Source: a virus (lineage: Duplodnaviria; Caudoviricetes). From it: 53,468 bases of DNA. The notes beneath the pieces were generated by a model. That model did no database searches. It was not told the DNA's origin and worked only from the letters and a program-made list of their open reading frames with translations. Where the stretch lies: positions 1 to 53,468 of IMG/VR virus record IMGVR_UViG_3300019132_000024; one strand, 5' to 3'. This document shows, piece by piece, positions 36,237-45,668 of this stretch (within the stretch, counting starts at the first letter, position 1; every line of letters begins with the position of its first letter). Made by a program: the position numbers and the translations under genes.

Positions 36237-36890
36237 TTACTCCGCCGCCTCCAATCTCTGCAACTCTGTGGCCTTCATCCGCACCTTGGCCCCTCGACCG
36301 AGGAAGTCGATCAGCACCTCGACGCGGCCCTTGGAGAGCATGGACACGACATGGCCCTGGATGTCCGTGAATGCGCCTGCTGTGAGCCTGACCTGCTCGC
36401 CGGGGGCGTATTGGGGCCCAACGTCAGGCAGGCGGGTGAAGTCGAACTCGCCTGCCAGTTCCCGCTGAAGTAGCCTCGCCAGAGGATGCGGACGCTTCTC
36501 CTCGCCTTCCTTGGGCTCCGGAGCCGGGACGCGGGCAGGAACGCCGTAGCCGTCCCGCACGAGGCCCTCAACGCCGTCCACGCCGCGCATCTTGAAGAAG
36601 TCTTGCCCTGGCCGGATGCCTAGGAACAGGTAGCGCGGGAAGAGCGGGTTCTCGCGGGCTTCCTTCTTCCTGGCGTGCACGACCCATCGCTTGGTCTGGG
36701 GCAGATACGTCTCATACCCCGCACGACGGAGGCCGAACTGCGCCCTCCTCTCGCACTTGGGATTGCAGACGACCACGAACCAAGTGAGGCCGTCGAAGGT
36801 CTCGGGCGGATCGTGGTTGACGATCGGAGAGCGGAAGTAGTGAACGCTACCGGGGTCGGCAGAGAGGGCGAAGCGAGGGAGGTTCGTCAT
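36237..36890 (-). CDS. NusG-paralog transcription antiterminator
   Basis: WFVVVCNPKCE...PLFPRYLF NGN domain; GEQVRLTAGAF...G.V KOW domain; lies in the lambda Q position. Confidence 0.88.
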   Translation of the reverse strand: MTNLPRFALSADPGSVHYFRSPIVNHDPPETFDGLTWFVVVCNPKCERRAQFGLRRAGYETYLPQTKRWVVHARKKEARENPLFPRYLFLGIRPGQDFFKMRGVDGVEGLVRDGYGVPARVPAPEPKEGEEKRPHPLARLLQRELAGEFDFTRLPDVGPQYAPGEQVRLTAGAFTDIQGHVVSMLSKGRVEVLIDFLGRGAKVRMKATELQRLEAAE

Positions 36891-36891
36891 G

Positions 36892-37125
36892 CTACACACC
36901 TTCCAGAACGGCGGGGGCGCGAGAGACCCGGCTCTTGACGGCTCCTCCTGACCGAACGGCATTCTTCCGATCAGCCTTGGTCATATGCCTCTTGGCGTCC
37001 CGAGAAGCTGCCAGCTTGCGAGCGGCTGACTGCAAAGACGCCTTCAAATTCGGATCGTCCGTTGCCGGGATAGCGAGAGAGCAGATCCGGAGGAGAGCGT
37101 CGTATTCGTTGAAACCGAGCCTCAT
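36892..37125 (-). CDS. Hypothetical protein
   Basis: ATGA coupling with the upstream gene. Confidence 0.55.
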   Translation of the reverse strand: MRLGFNEYDALLRICSLAIPATDDPNLKASLQSAARKLAASRDAKRHMTKADRKNAVRSGGAVKSRVSRAPAVLEGV

Positions 37126-38009
37126 GCCGCGGCCCTCCCGTAGCCATGGGCTGCCAGGACATGAGCGGGGATCTTGCAGCCGGGCATGTCAGGCGGGAGC
37201 GACCACTTGCCGTAGGACCAGTGCTTGGTCCGTTTCCAGCCCTCGATGGCACGGTTCCACACGTCGTCGGTGAACACTTCGTCGGGGTTGTAGGGCTTGG
37301 CGGCGGGCTCCTCCTGCGGCTTGGTCGCGGCGGCTTCCTTCAGCCGGTTGTCGAAATAGGACAGAGCCGAGATATCGGGCTTTCGGGCAAGGCCTTCGCG
37401 GATCACCGAAATGATCAGCTCGGGCGAGAAGCCGTTCGCCAGCCAGACCCTCGCCCGGCCTGGATGGGGCGGGATGGCGCTACCGGCTTCGCAGAAGGCC
37501 TGAGCAATTTCGATCTGCAAGCGAGCATAGGCCGCGTCGATCTCCGGCGCGCGGGTACTACCCTCTACAGAACTTACTAGCTCTCTATTCTTCTCTTCTC
37601 TTCTCTGGTTCGACAGTGTTGAAGCGTTTGCTTCGCGCGGTTCGTTATTTTCCAACGACTTAGCGCGCGCTAGTCCGCTGTTAGTTCCACCCTTGTGCCC
37701 GGCTACTCGACGCTTACTCGCCACGTACTCCCGGTCTAGTAGCTCTTTACCCACCCTGTCGTTGGTCAGTAGACGGTCCTCTGTGACACGGATTTTGCCC
37801 GCCTGAATGAGGGCATTGAGCAGCGCCGTCGCCTTCACATGACCGCAGCGGAAGATGACGCAGAGCAGCCGCTTGGAGTTCGGAATAGGCCCGTGGCGGC
37901 GATACATCTGGTGGCACAGGCGAAGATATGCGGCCTCTTGTTCAAGCGTTAGGTCAATGGTGCCCTCGTCCCAGGCCTCGAAGTCCATCTTGTAGAATTC
38001 GCCCTTCAT
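37122..38009 (-). CDS. Replication initiator-like protein (DUF1376/YdaU N-terminus)
   Basis: FYKMDFEAW...LTLEQEAAYLRL...AGHKGG; adjacent to DnaB. Confidence 0.75.
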   Translation of the reverse strand: MKGEFYKMDFEAWDEGTIDLTLEQEAAYLRLCHQMYRRHGPIPNSKRLLCVIFRCGHVKATALLNALIQAGKIRVTEDRLLTNDRVGKELLDREYVASKRRVAGHKGGTNSGLARAKSLENNEPREANASTLSNQRREEKNRELVSSVEGSTRAPEIDAAYARLQIEIAQAFCEAGSAIPPHPGRARVWLANGFSPELIISVIREGLARKPDISALSYFDNRLKEAAATKPQEEPAAKPYNPDEVFTDDVWNRAIEGWKRTKHWSYGKWSLPPDMPGCKIPAHVLAAHGYGRAAA

Positions 38010-38011
38010 GA

Positions 38012-39430
38012 TCAGAACTCCGACAATTCGCTAACGACGTTGCAGTTGATGGCGCAGAAGAGAGTGGCGCGGCCCGTTGGCCCCTGGCGCTGCTTCAGGA
38101 TCTCGATCTCCAGCGTGTCCCTGCTGGCTTCCAGCTTTGCCAGATCCTCGGGCGTGGGGTTGGCCTTGTGTTCGAGGTAGTAGGCCTCCCGGTAGAGGCC
38201 GATCACCATGTCCGCGTCCTGCTCGATGGACCCGGAGTCGCGGAGGTCGGAAAGCTGAGGGCGCTTCTCCTCGCGCTTTTCCGTCTCGCGGGAGAGCTGT
38301 GAGAGCACGACCACGGCCACACCGAGTTCCTTGGCGAGAACCTTGATGGCACCCGTGATCTCGGTGATTTCCTGCACCCGGTTGCCGGAATACCGCTTGG
38401 TGGCTTGGATCAGGCCCAGGTGATCGATCACCACCACGGAGAGCCGTTGCCCCTTGCGCTCCATGTTGGCGCGGGCCTGACGGGCGCGCGCGGCGATCTG
38501 GGAGATGGTGAGCCCCGGTTGCTGCTCGATCTCGAGAGGGTAGCGATTGAGGCGCTTCTGAGCCTCGCTGAGTGCCCAGAGGTCTTCGTCCTTCAGATCC
38601 TTGCCCTTGGCGATGTCCCGGTAGGAGAGCGGGTTCCGATGACGAGGAGAGAAAACAGAGGCAGCCAAGGCACGCTCTGCGAGCTCCTGAGCGGCCATCT
38701 CGAGCGAGACGAAGTAGACGCCATGCCCAGCCTTTGCAGCATTGAGCGCAATCGCGACACCGAACGTCGTCTTGCCCATGCCAGGGCGCCCGGCCATGAC
38801 GACCATCTGTCCAGGCCGCAGCCCGAGGGTCATGCGGTCGAGGCTCGGGATGCCGTAGGGCGCCCCGCGCTCGATCCGGCCCTCACGGGCGGCCATGGCG
38901 GCCTCGATGGCCTGCAAGGACGCCTCACCCAGGCTCACGCGCTTGATGCTCGCTGGCAGGCCGGCGCTGGCCACCTCGTCCAGCTCCTGGATCATGGCGG
39001 CGGCGAATTTGGCAGGGTTGTCTACCGCACCGGCTGTCATCGCCTTTACGGCATCTTGGGCCGTAGCCAGAACCTTCCGCATCATGGCGGCGTGACGGAT
39101 CGCCCGAGCATAGTCCGGGGCGTTAACGACCGTCGTGGCGTGGGTGTAGAGGACAGCGATGTACTGACCGACCGTCACCCCACCGAGATCGGCGTTACCG
39201 ATGGCGATCCGGACCAAGCGGCTGTCGATGGCCTCGCCAGCGTCCCGACGTTCGCACATCTTGCGGAAGATTGAGCCATTGACCTCGATGTGGAAGTCGG
39301 CTGGATCAACGATCCCACGCACCCGGTCGATAACGTCGGGGCTATGGAGAATTGCACCTAGCAGCCCCTCCTCTGCCGATTGGGCATGGGGCTGCTCGAT
39401 GTAGTCGCGCGGAGTGGTTTGGGCGGTCAT
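38012..39430 (-). CDS. dnaB: Replicative DNA helicase, DnaB family
   Basis: AGRPGMGKT, SLEM, VIDHLGL, LSQLSR and DLRDSGSIEQDAD motifs. Confidence 0.95.
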   Translation of the reverse strand: MTAQTTPRDYIEQPHAQSAEEGLLGAILHSPDVIDRVRGIVDPADFHIEVNGSIFRKMCERRDAGEAIDSRLVRIAIGNADLGGVTVGQYIAVLYTHATTVVNAPDYARAIRHAAMMRKVLATAQDAVKAMTAGAVDNPAKFAAAMIQELDEVASAGLPASIKRVSLGEASLQAIEAAMAAREGRIERGAPYGIPSLDRMTLGLRPGQMVVMAGRPGMGKTTFGVAIALNAAKAGHGVYFVSLEMAAQELAERALAASVFSPRHRNPLSYRDIAKGKDLKDEDLWALSEAQKRLNRYPLEIEQQPGLTISQIAARARQARANMERKGQRLSVVVIDHLGLIQATKRYSGNRVQEITEITGAIKVLAKELGVAVVVLSQLSRETEKREEKRPQLSDLRDSGSIEQDADMVIGLYREAYYLEHKANPTPEDLAKLEASRDTLEIEILKQRQGPTGRATLFCAINCNVVSELSEF

Positions 39431-39648
39431 CCGATGCGCCTCGCAGGATGAACGACCGCAACCCGGTCGAGCGAGTCGCGCTGCTCAGGGCTCATGAATA
39501 GATCCAGCCAGCGGCGCCAGGCCTTGCCCGCGGCAATGCCGTCTTCCACGGCCCACGTGGTTTCGGCCCGCTTGCGAGCGATGCAGTACGCCTGCCACGC
39601 GTCGTTGATCCGGCGCTCTTTCTCGGCCTCGAAATCGATCACGTTCAC
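39427..39648 (-). CDS. Hypothetical protein
   Basis: Coupled to neighbours; GGAGG RBS. Confidence 0.6.
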   Translation of the reverse strand: MNVIDFEAEKERRINDAWQAYCIARKRAETTWAVEDGIAAGKAWRRWLDLFMSPEQRDSLDRVAVVHPARRIG

Positions 39649-39938
39649 GCAACCCTCCTTTGAGGTGCGCCGTAGTTCGTCTCACGGCGAACCGGCTCGT
39701 TGAGGAGATGAAGGCGGTCCACGCGCCCGGCGACGTAGCCGAGGCAGGCGGCGATGCGGCGCAGGCGCTTGGCCCGGATCCGGAGGAGATCGACGGCCGA
39801 CTTGGAGCCGTCCTCCAGCTTCTCGATGGCGTCCGCAGACTGATCCATCTCGCGTGACAGCGTTTCGAGAGCCAAGGCGTCGGCCTCGATCTGGTCGAAG
39901 GCCTTCATCGGATCGGCGTCGTAGGGGAAGCGGCTCAT
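39645..39938 (-). CDS. Hypothetical coiled-coil protein
   Basis: ATGA-coupled in the early-right operon. Confidence 0.55.
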   Translation of the reverse strand: MSRFPYDADPMKAFDQIEADALALETLSREMDQSADAIEKLEDGSKSAVDLLRIRAKRLRRIAACLGYVAGRVDRLHLLNEPVRRETNYGAPQRRVA

Positions 39939-40312
39939 GCGGTGCCCTCGATGACGTTCGCCTGCAGGCAGCCCCAATGCTTGAACACGGCCAGGGCGTC
40001 GTCGAAGTTGTCGACCACGGCGACGGCCCAGCCCTGCCCGATGGCGCGGGAGTGGAAGGCCTTCTGCGCCTCGTTCAGCCCCTCGCCTTTCCGCTTCAGC
40101 TCAAGGCCGTGGAAGCGACCCTCCGGAGACACGAAGATCAGATCAGGCCAGCCGGGCATCGTGCCCATGGCCTTGAGCTTCGCGGCCGTGCGCTTGTCCC
40201 GGTGCTCACCGGAAGCCGGGTGCGTGAACGCCCAGCCCTCGGCAAGGAACTGCTTCAGGAAGGTCGCCACCTGAATGTGGAGCACGACCTCTTTGGGAGC
40301 CGGGGCCTTCAT
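39935..40312 (-). CDS. VRR-NUC domain nuclease
   Basis: GWPDL...LELK...Q..F motif. Confidence 0.85.
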   Translation of the reverse strand: MKAPAPKEVVLHIQVATFLKQFLAEGWAFTHPASGEHRDKRTAAKLKAMGTMPGWPDLIFVSPEGRFHGLELKRKGEGLNEAQKAFHSRAIGQGWAVAVVDNFDDALAVFKHWGCLQANVIEGTA

Positions 40313-40758
40313 GGGCGAAGTCCCTGCTTGCGAAGGCAATGGAGCACAGTCGTATGGTCGCGATTGAAGAAGCGTCCGAGTTGCGGGAGCGACCATGCCG
40401 GGTTCATCGTGTAGACCATGGCGACCGCCTCGAACCGGGCCTCCATGACCACGGCATGGCGGCGCGGGCCATAGATGTCCTCGGGCGTGACGCCGTGCTT
40501 GCGGGCGATGTGGGCGACGATCCTGCGGGCGCCGGGCTTGCCGGCTTCCGGCACGAACTCACCTTCCGGCTCCGGAGCGGGCTTCGGCTGGGCGATCTCG
40601 ATCTCCACGAACCGATCAACGAGCGGTTTGGACTCGGCCGGGATCTCGATGATGGCGGGCTTCTCTGCCTTCGGGCGCGGGTTGAACAAGCGGGCGTGGA
40701 GCGCGCGGTAATGGGCGCGCATCTCGGCGGCGGAAGAGAACTGGCGAACCTCAATCAT
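40309..40758 (-). CDS. DnaA C-terminal-like HTH protein
   Basis: SLPQLGRFFNRDHTTVLH matches the DnaA domain IV signature. Confidence 0.85.
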   Translation of the reverse strand: MIEVRQFSSAAEMRAHYRALHARLFNPRPKAEKPAIIEIPAESKPLVDRFVEIEIAQPKPAPEPEGEFVPEAGKPGARRIVAHIARKHGVTPEDIYGPRRHAVVMEARFEAVAMVYTMNPAWSLPQLGRFFNRDHTTVLHCLRKQGLRP

Positions 40759-41258
40759 GCCGCGCTCCGACCGTTTGAGGTGATCGGAACCACACGATTT
40801 GATGTGTCGCGGCGCAGCTCGGCCAACTCGATCTCAAGGGCAGCCGCCTTTTCATCGATGTCAGCCTTTTCCACCGGGTCGAGCCCATCAGGGAGAGCCG
40901 CCGCAATGCGGGCTGTAAGGTCGCTGAAACCCTTCGCGATGTCGCTGAGGTGGTTGGTGATCGTCGCGGGGTCTTCGGCCGGCGCTTGGGCGCGCGGCAC
41001 AAGCTTGAAGCCGGCCAGATCGGCGAGAACCTGCAGCGTCTCAGGCGTACCGCCGCGGCGCACGATCTCCATGGTGATGTCGAGCAGAACGTCGGCCGGA
41101 ACATGGGTCGTGACGTTCTGATCGGAGATCGACGAGTACCGGGAGATGAGCGCCTGCCCTACCCTTGTCTTGCTCGCGGCCATGACGACGCCGCCGAGGT
41201 GATCCACATCCTGATCGAAGGCAGCCTTAATGGCCGCATAGGGGTTCCTAGCGTTCAT
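40755..41258 (-). CDS. CII-like phage regulatory protein
   Basis: Position after cro; HTH-like N-terminus and DGLDPVE helix pattern. Confidence 0.55.
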   Translation of the reverse strand: MNARNPYAAIKAAFDQDVDHLGGVVMAASKTRVGQALISRYSSISDQNVTTHVPADVLLDITMEIVRRGGTPETLQVLADLAGFKLVPRAQAPAEDPATITNHLSDIAKGFSDLTARIAAALPDGLDPVEKADIDEKAAALEIELAELRRDTSNRVVPITSNGRSAA

Positions 41259-41539
41259 GGAATGTTTGCCCGTTGATTTGAGGTGAAAGCAGTACGGTCT
41301 GGAGCGATGCTCCCGTCATGGAAGCCTGTGCAGGGGAAGGGGCGAGAGCGGCCTGGCGATCAGAGAGGGAACCACCGTCACTCTTCAAATCGGCTGCAGA
41401 CACGAAGGAAGCGGTCCAAATCAAACGGGATTGCTCGGCAGACACGGAGGCAGACTGCCGTCGGCGTGTGCGAGCCGACACATTGGGCGTCACAAATGGG
41501 TCGTAAGAACGGTAGGAACAACTTCCGCTAGGGCACCCA

Positions 41540-41785
41540 ATGCACGCACAATTTGACGCAGGAGAGGCTGGCACACTCACCTCCTACTCGGTTGGTACGG
41601 TTGATGGCCTGGAGGCAATGATGGTTCTAGATTTTGCGAGAACCCCGGAGGATCTTGTTTTCGGCACCCGTTACAAGCTGCCCCTTGTAATGAGCGCGGA
41701 GGTGGCTCGAGGCCTTGGGCAAGCGCTCCTGATCGCTGCAGAAGCTGCAGCAATGGGAGCGTGCGACTCAGACGCCATGAACTAG
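41540..41785 (+). CDS. Hypothetical protein in opposite orientation
   Basis: 81-aa ORF between cro and the cII-like gene. Confidence 0.5.
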   Translation: MHAQFDAGEAGTLTSYSVGTVDGLEAMMVLDFARTPEDLVFGTRYKLPLVMSAEVARGLGQALLIAAEAAAMGACDSDAMN

Positions 41786-41877
41786 TCATCGGCTCGCTCT
41801 CCTGATCAGGACATAGCCGTCGTGGGTGAGGAACCAGAGGTGGCCTTGGGCACAGAGGCGGTAGCGGGCGCGCCGCA

Positions 41878-42099
41878 TCACGCGGCCTCGTCGGTTAACG
41901 CCGCAGGCTCCGTCTTAATCCACTCCGAGGCAGGAACAGCTCCCTCAGTGACATCTTCGATCCGAACGGCCACGGCTAACGAGGGCTTCCGCTCACCGTA
42001 CTTGAGCTTGCGGATGCCGTGCGAGGTGATGGAGCCGACGCGAACCGCCATCGTCTCGTCATCAAGGGCGTTTGCACGCATGTATTCGATGAGTTTCAT
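41878..42099 (-). CDS. cro: Cro-like HTH repressor
   Basis: Divergent from cI; GERKPSL...IEDVTEGAV pattern. Confidence 0.85.
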   Translation of the reverse strand: MKLIEYMRANALDDETMAVRVGSITSHGIRKLKYGERKPSLAVAVRIEDVTEGAVPASEWIKTEPAALTDEAA

Positions 42100-42107
42100 G
42101 GGCAGAG

Positions 42108-42193
42108 ATATTCCCCTTAAGGGGGAACATTGTCAACCCCTAGAAGGGGAAGGACAAGCCCAACCGTTTGATGCGATTTTCCCCTCTATGGGG
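42108..42193. promoter_or_regulatory. OR/PR region: three CCCC-N5-GGGG operators (42113, 42137, 42181) and TTGACA -35 (42136-42131, minus)
   Basis: Palindromic repeats flanking the -35 box between cro and cI. Confidence 0.8.
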
Positions 42194-42907
42194 ACAAACC
42201 TGCGAAGACTGAGGACCGCCAAGGGCTGGACGCATGAAGAAGCGGCCCAGCAGATGGGCATTTCGCGTGGGCAGTTTATCAAGCTGGAGCGTGGCGAGCG
42301 GCAGCTCACGGATCGAACCATCGCACTTGCGGCAAAGGCCTTCGGGGTCAGCAAGGGCGAGATCGTTGATGACAGCCCTCCCCCAGCGCCTCGGGCTCAC
42401 CCTGACAGCACGGTCGAGGAGCTGCCGGCCGGGGACGCGTTCACCTTCGCGAAAATTGACGGCTCGGTGCAGGCCGGCGCGTTCCTCGCGGTCGAAGCCT
42501 TTGACGACGACCTGGGCGAAGTGATCTCGGCCCCACGCGACCCGGCCTTCCCATTCGCGCGGCAGATCGCCTATCGGGTCAAGGGCGATTCCATGAACCG
42601 CGCTCAGCCCAAGCCGATGAACGAGGGCGATGTCATCATATGCGCAGCCTGGGAGGACGTCGGGCTAAAAGAAAAGGACGGCCTGAACGTTGTCGTCCAG
42701 CAGACCACTGCTGACGGCCAGCTCCGGGAGCGCTCCGTCAAGGAAATGCGGGTATTCCCTGATCGCATCGAGCTCCACCCCCGGTCTAGCAACCCGGCCC
42801 ACAAGCCTATCGTGGTGGACCGGCAGTATCACACGGACGATGGCAAGGAGGTCAGCATCCTTGCACTGGTCCGGTTCGTTTTTGATAACCAGGCGCTGCC
42901 GGTGTAG
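42188..42907 (+). CDS. cI: CI-like repressor, XRE HTH plus S24 peptidase
   Basis: LRRLR..KGWT HTH; VQAG cleavage site; GDSM Ser and SVK Lys. Confidence 0.92.
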   Translation: MGTNLRRLRTAKGWTHEEAAQQMGISRGQFIKLERGERQLTDRTIALAAKAFGVSKGEIVDDSPPPAPRAHPDSTVEELPAGDAFTFAKIDGSVQAGAFLAVEAFDDDLGEVISAPRDPAFPFARQIAYRVKGDSMNRAQPKPMNEGDVIICAAWEDVGLKEKDGLNVVVQQTTADGQLRERSVKEMRVFPDRIELHPRSSNPAHKPIVVDRQYHTDDGKEVSILALVRFVFDNQALPV

Positions 42908-42932
42908 ACCTCATGTGGACTGGTGAAATGAG

Positions 42933-43133
42933 CTAGTCGAAATCAGTCGGCGGCTCGCTCTCAGGCTCCAATTGATCGATCAGTTCCTGCAGGTGTGGCG
43001 GCATCGGCTCGTTGAGCAAATCTCGGTAAATGCTCGCGATTGAACGTCCTAAGATGAAATTCACTTGCGCTTGCGAAAAGGTAAGACTGTTTGGAATTTC
43101 GTTGAGGGGGTCTCGCTGCTCTATGTCATCCAT
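42933..43133 (-). CDS. NepR-like anti-sigma factor
   Basis: ILGRSIASIYRDLLNEPMPPHLQELIDQLE fits the NepR core IG.xL...(F/Y)....EPxP..F..LL..L. Confidence 0.6.
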   Translation of the reverse strand: MDDIEQRDPLNEIPNSLTFSQAQVNFILGRSIASIYRDLLNEPMPPHLQELIDQLEPESEPPTDFD

Positions 43134-43447
43134 GGCGCTTCATCCGTCCCAAATTTCTTAACGTAGGTTTGTCAAGAACCTACCTCCTTTAGAGCAGTTT
43201 CAGCGTGGCAGCAGAATTCAGTTATGCCCCGGACTACGTGAGGTTTTCTTTTGCCAAGCTGAAACCCTTCCCGGGCTGATCCATTCCATAGCCGAGGGCT
43301 AGCGACATCCAGCTCTCATGGACCGGGAGGCCTCCTCACCCATTGGCAACGGCGGGTGAGGAGGCCTTTCCTATTTGTCTCATTGTCGTCACGAAGCTTA
43401 GCTATCCGACGGCTGCGGCTCGGACCGCAAGAACCTCTCTCAAACTT

Positions 43448-43481
43448 GCCCCTCACACTGCGTGTGCGTGAGGGGCTTTTT
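43448..43481 (+). terminator. Intrinsic terminator in the immunity region
   Basis: GCCCCTCAC/GTGAGGGGC stem followed by T5. Confidence 0.7.
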
Positions 43482-43493
43482 GTTGGCGCGATC

Positions 43494-43787
43494 TCAGCTC
43501 TCCTGCCCAGCAAGATCATTCCGCGCCCGCAGGTATTGCACTTCCTCGAAGCTGGCCTGTTCGCATCCGCACGCCTCGCACCGGAACTTGATGCGGTCGA
43601 TTACCCCGCTCTCATAGAAATCATGCTTCGTCGCGGTGTCATCCGGCTCATCGAAGAGTGTCATGTCCAGCGGGTGCACGCGCCCGCATTCCAGACATTC
43701 GAGGGACAGGCGGAACTTTCGCTTTTGGATGATCGGGCTGACTGAAGAGCCGCTTCGGGCAGACGTAGGGAGCAACACAGCCATCAA
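43494..43787 (-). CDS. Small Zn-ribbon protein (two CxxC)
   Basis: CLEC...CEAC; AGGAG RBS. Confidence 0.55.
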   Translation of the reverse strand: MMAVLLPTSARSGSSVSPIIQKRKFRLSLECLECGRVHPLDMTLFDEPDDTATKHDFYESGVIDRIKFRCEACGCEQASFEEVQYLRARNDLAGQES

Positions 43788-43900
43788 CTTCTCCTTAGAT
43801 GGATGTTCGCATTTTGTTCACCATTTCCTAAGAGTCGAGTCGATTTGTAAGACCCTCGCCTGTGGATAGCTGGGGAAAACCAATGTGGCAAAAACTTCCC

Positions 43901-43950
43901 CATATTCCCCTTTGAGGGGTTGACACATCTTACCCTTAAAGGGGAATATG
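43901..43950 (+). promoter_or_regulatory. OL/PL region: two operators around TTGACA (43920-43925)
   Basis: CCCC-TTTGA-GGGG and ACCC-TTAAA-GGGG; same architecture as PR. Confidence 0.8.
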
Positions 43951-43979
43951 AGACATCCCGAACAACGGATGTCCTCCCC

Positions 43980-44108
43980 ATGTTCCGCTCCGATCCCCAA
44001 CCCCTCTACATCGTCGTCCTAGAGGCTGCGCTTGAACTCGCGGCCCTGACGATCTTCTGCGCTGGCATTGCGTTCCTGGCACTCGGCTGGGAGCGTGATC
44101 ATGGCTAA
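43980..44108 (+). CDS. Small TM peptide, first gene of the PL operon
   Basis: Hydrophobic 42-aa ORF overlapping the next gene. Confidence 0.45.
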   Translation: MFRSDPQPLYIVVLEAALELAALTIFCAGIAFLALGWERDHG

Positions 44109-44493
44109 CGATCTATTCGGGTCTACGGCCGTGCAGAGGATGAAGGCTAACATCTTGTTGGTCTTCGCCATGAACAACGGCAAGGCCATGAGCCCAACCG
44201 AGAGCATGAGCCTCCTGCGGATCCCGGCGGGTCATTATGGCTCGCTTACGTGGCGTCGGGCGGTCCAGGAACTGATCGCCGAGGGCGTCATCGAGATCCG
44301 CTACTGGGGCAGCAGGGCAAACGGCTGGCGGGTGCCGGCGCTCATCGTCACTGACAATGCGCCCCTGCCATACGCCGAGGCCGCAAAGTTCATGACGGCC
44401 AAGGACTACAAAACGCGCGAAAGCACTCAGTACCCGCGCGTCTTTCTTCCTGCATCTCGTGCTCAGTACAGCGAACACGCGGAGGCTGCGTGA
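44101..44493 (+). CDS. Hypothetical protein, possible winged helix
   Basis: RRAVQELIAEGVIE; ends in EAA with a coupled stop. Confidence 0.6.
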   Translation: MANDLFGSTAVQRMKANILLVFAMNNGKAMSPTESMSLLRIPAGHYGSLTWRRAVQELIAEGVIEIRYWGSRANGWRVPALIVTDNAPLPYAEAAKFMTAKDYKTRESTQYPRVFLPASRAQYSEHAEAA

Positions 44494-45667
44494 TGCGTAC
44501 CTCCCGCACCCCTCGCCGCGCCATGGCGGCATTTGAGTTCGAGATGGCAAAGCGCGACATGCGTCCTGCCGCGCGTAGCGAGGCCGCAAAGAAGGCCTGG
44601 AAGAACCGTCAGATCGAGAAGGCCATCGCCGACGCGGACAAGCGCCGCCTGAGCCTTTCCAAGAAGGGATGGTGAGCGATGGGTGTCGTTGTCCACTTCC
44701 CTACCCGGCCCCGGCTAATCTGCTCCGAGATCACCGAAGCACAGGCTGAGGCTGCACAGTCTGCCCTCTTCGACGTGATGGGCTCCCGCCCTGACTGCAC
44801 CGGGCGCGGCTGGATCTTCTTCAACCGTGCCGATGGGCTGGTCGGTGTCGTTCGCTGCCCTTGCGGCGGGTCTGATGCTGATCGGATCGAGGAGGCGCAG
44901 TGATGCGGACCTTGCATACGAAAGACCTCCTCAAGGGTGATGTTGTGGAGATGCTGACCGGCGGGAGCCGCGACATCGGCCGCCGGTTCCTTGTCCTCGA
45001 TCCACCCAGCAACCTCGACAGTCTGCATGTGACCTACGCCACCAAGTGCGGTCTGGCAGACGCTCGTTACACCCCTTGGTCCGGCTGGTACGGCGACTGC
45101 ACGTGGCGGCTCATCTACCGCGAGGAGGCCGCCTGATGTCCTTCTCCCGTCCTCAGTGCAAGGCCTTCTGCGGAAGCGCGCTCAACCTGGCTTTGCTCGC
45201 CCTCTGCTGTGGCCTCGTGGCCTTCATCATCTTCGCCTTTGTGCAAGCGGTGAACTCATGAAGCGCGTTCCCATGACCCTCAAATGGCGCGGCCCTGAGA
45301 CGAAGCGTGTCTCGTTCCTCAAGGCCAGAACCACCGGACAACTCTCCAAGGAATGCGGCTGGCAGAAGCCGCTCGTCAAACTGGCGGGCAAGGAGAAGCA
45401 GCAATGACCATCCTGAAGGCCTTCGGCCAGCGCACCAAAGAGATCCTAGACATGACGCGCGCCCTGGCGACGTGCGCCGATCTCGCCAACACCTACGTCA
45501 ACGACACGGTGAACGGGTGCAGCCAAGCGGATTTCGACCTGCTTCTGGCCGCTCGATACGCAGAGGACGCCGCCCGCGACCTGCGGCAGCTCCACGCCAA
45601 GATCCAAGCCATGCGCGGGGAGAGCGAAGCCCCGGCCCAGATCCCCGTTTACACAGTCGGACACTGA
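44493..45667 (+). other. Run of six small coupled early ORFs (44493-44675, 44679-44903, 44903-45136, 45136-45261, 45258-45407, 45404-45667)
   Basis: TGATG/ATGA overlaps and GAGG/GGAG RBSs; no family recognised. Confidence 0.6.
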
Positions 45668-45668
45668 C

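Noticed and set aside
41822-42187. 122-aa N-terminal extension of cI in the ORF track
   Set aside because: Overlaps cro and the operators; the HTH begins at ATG 42188
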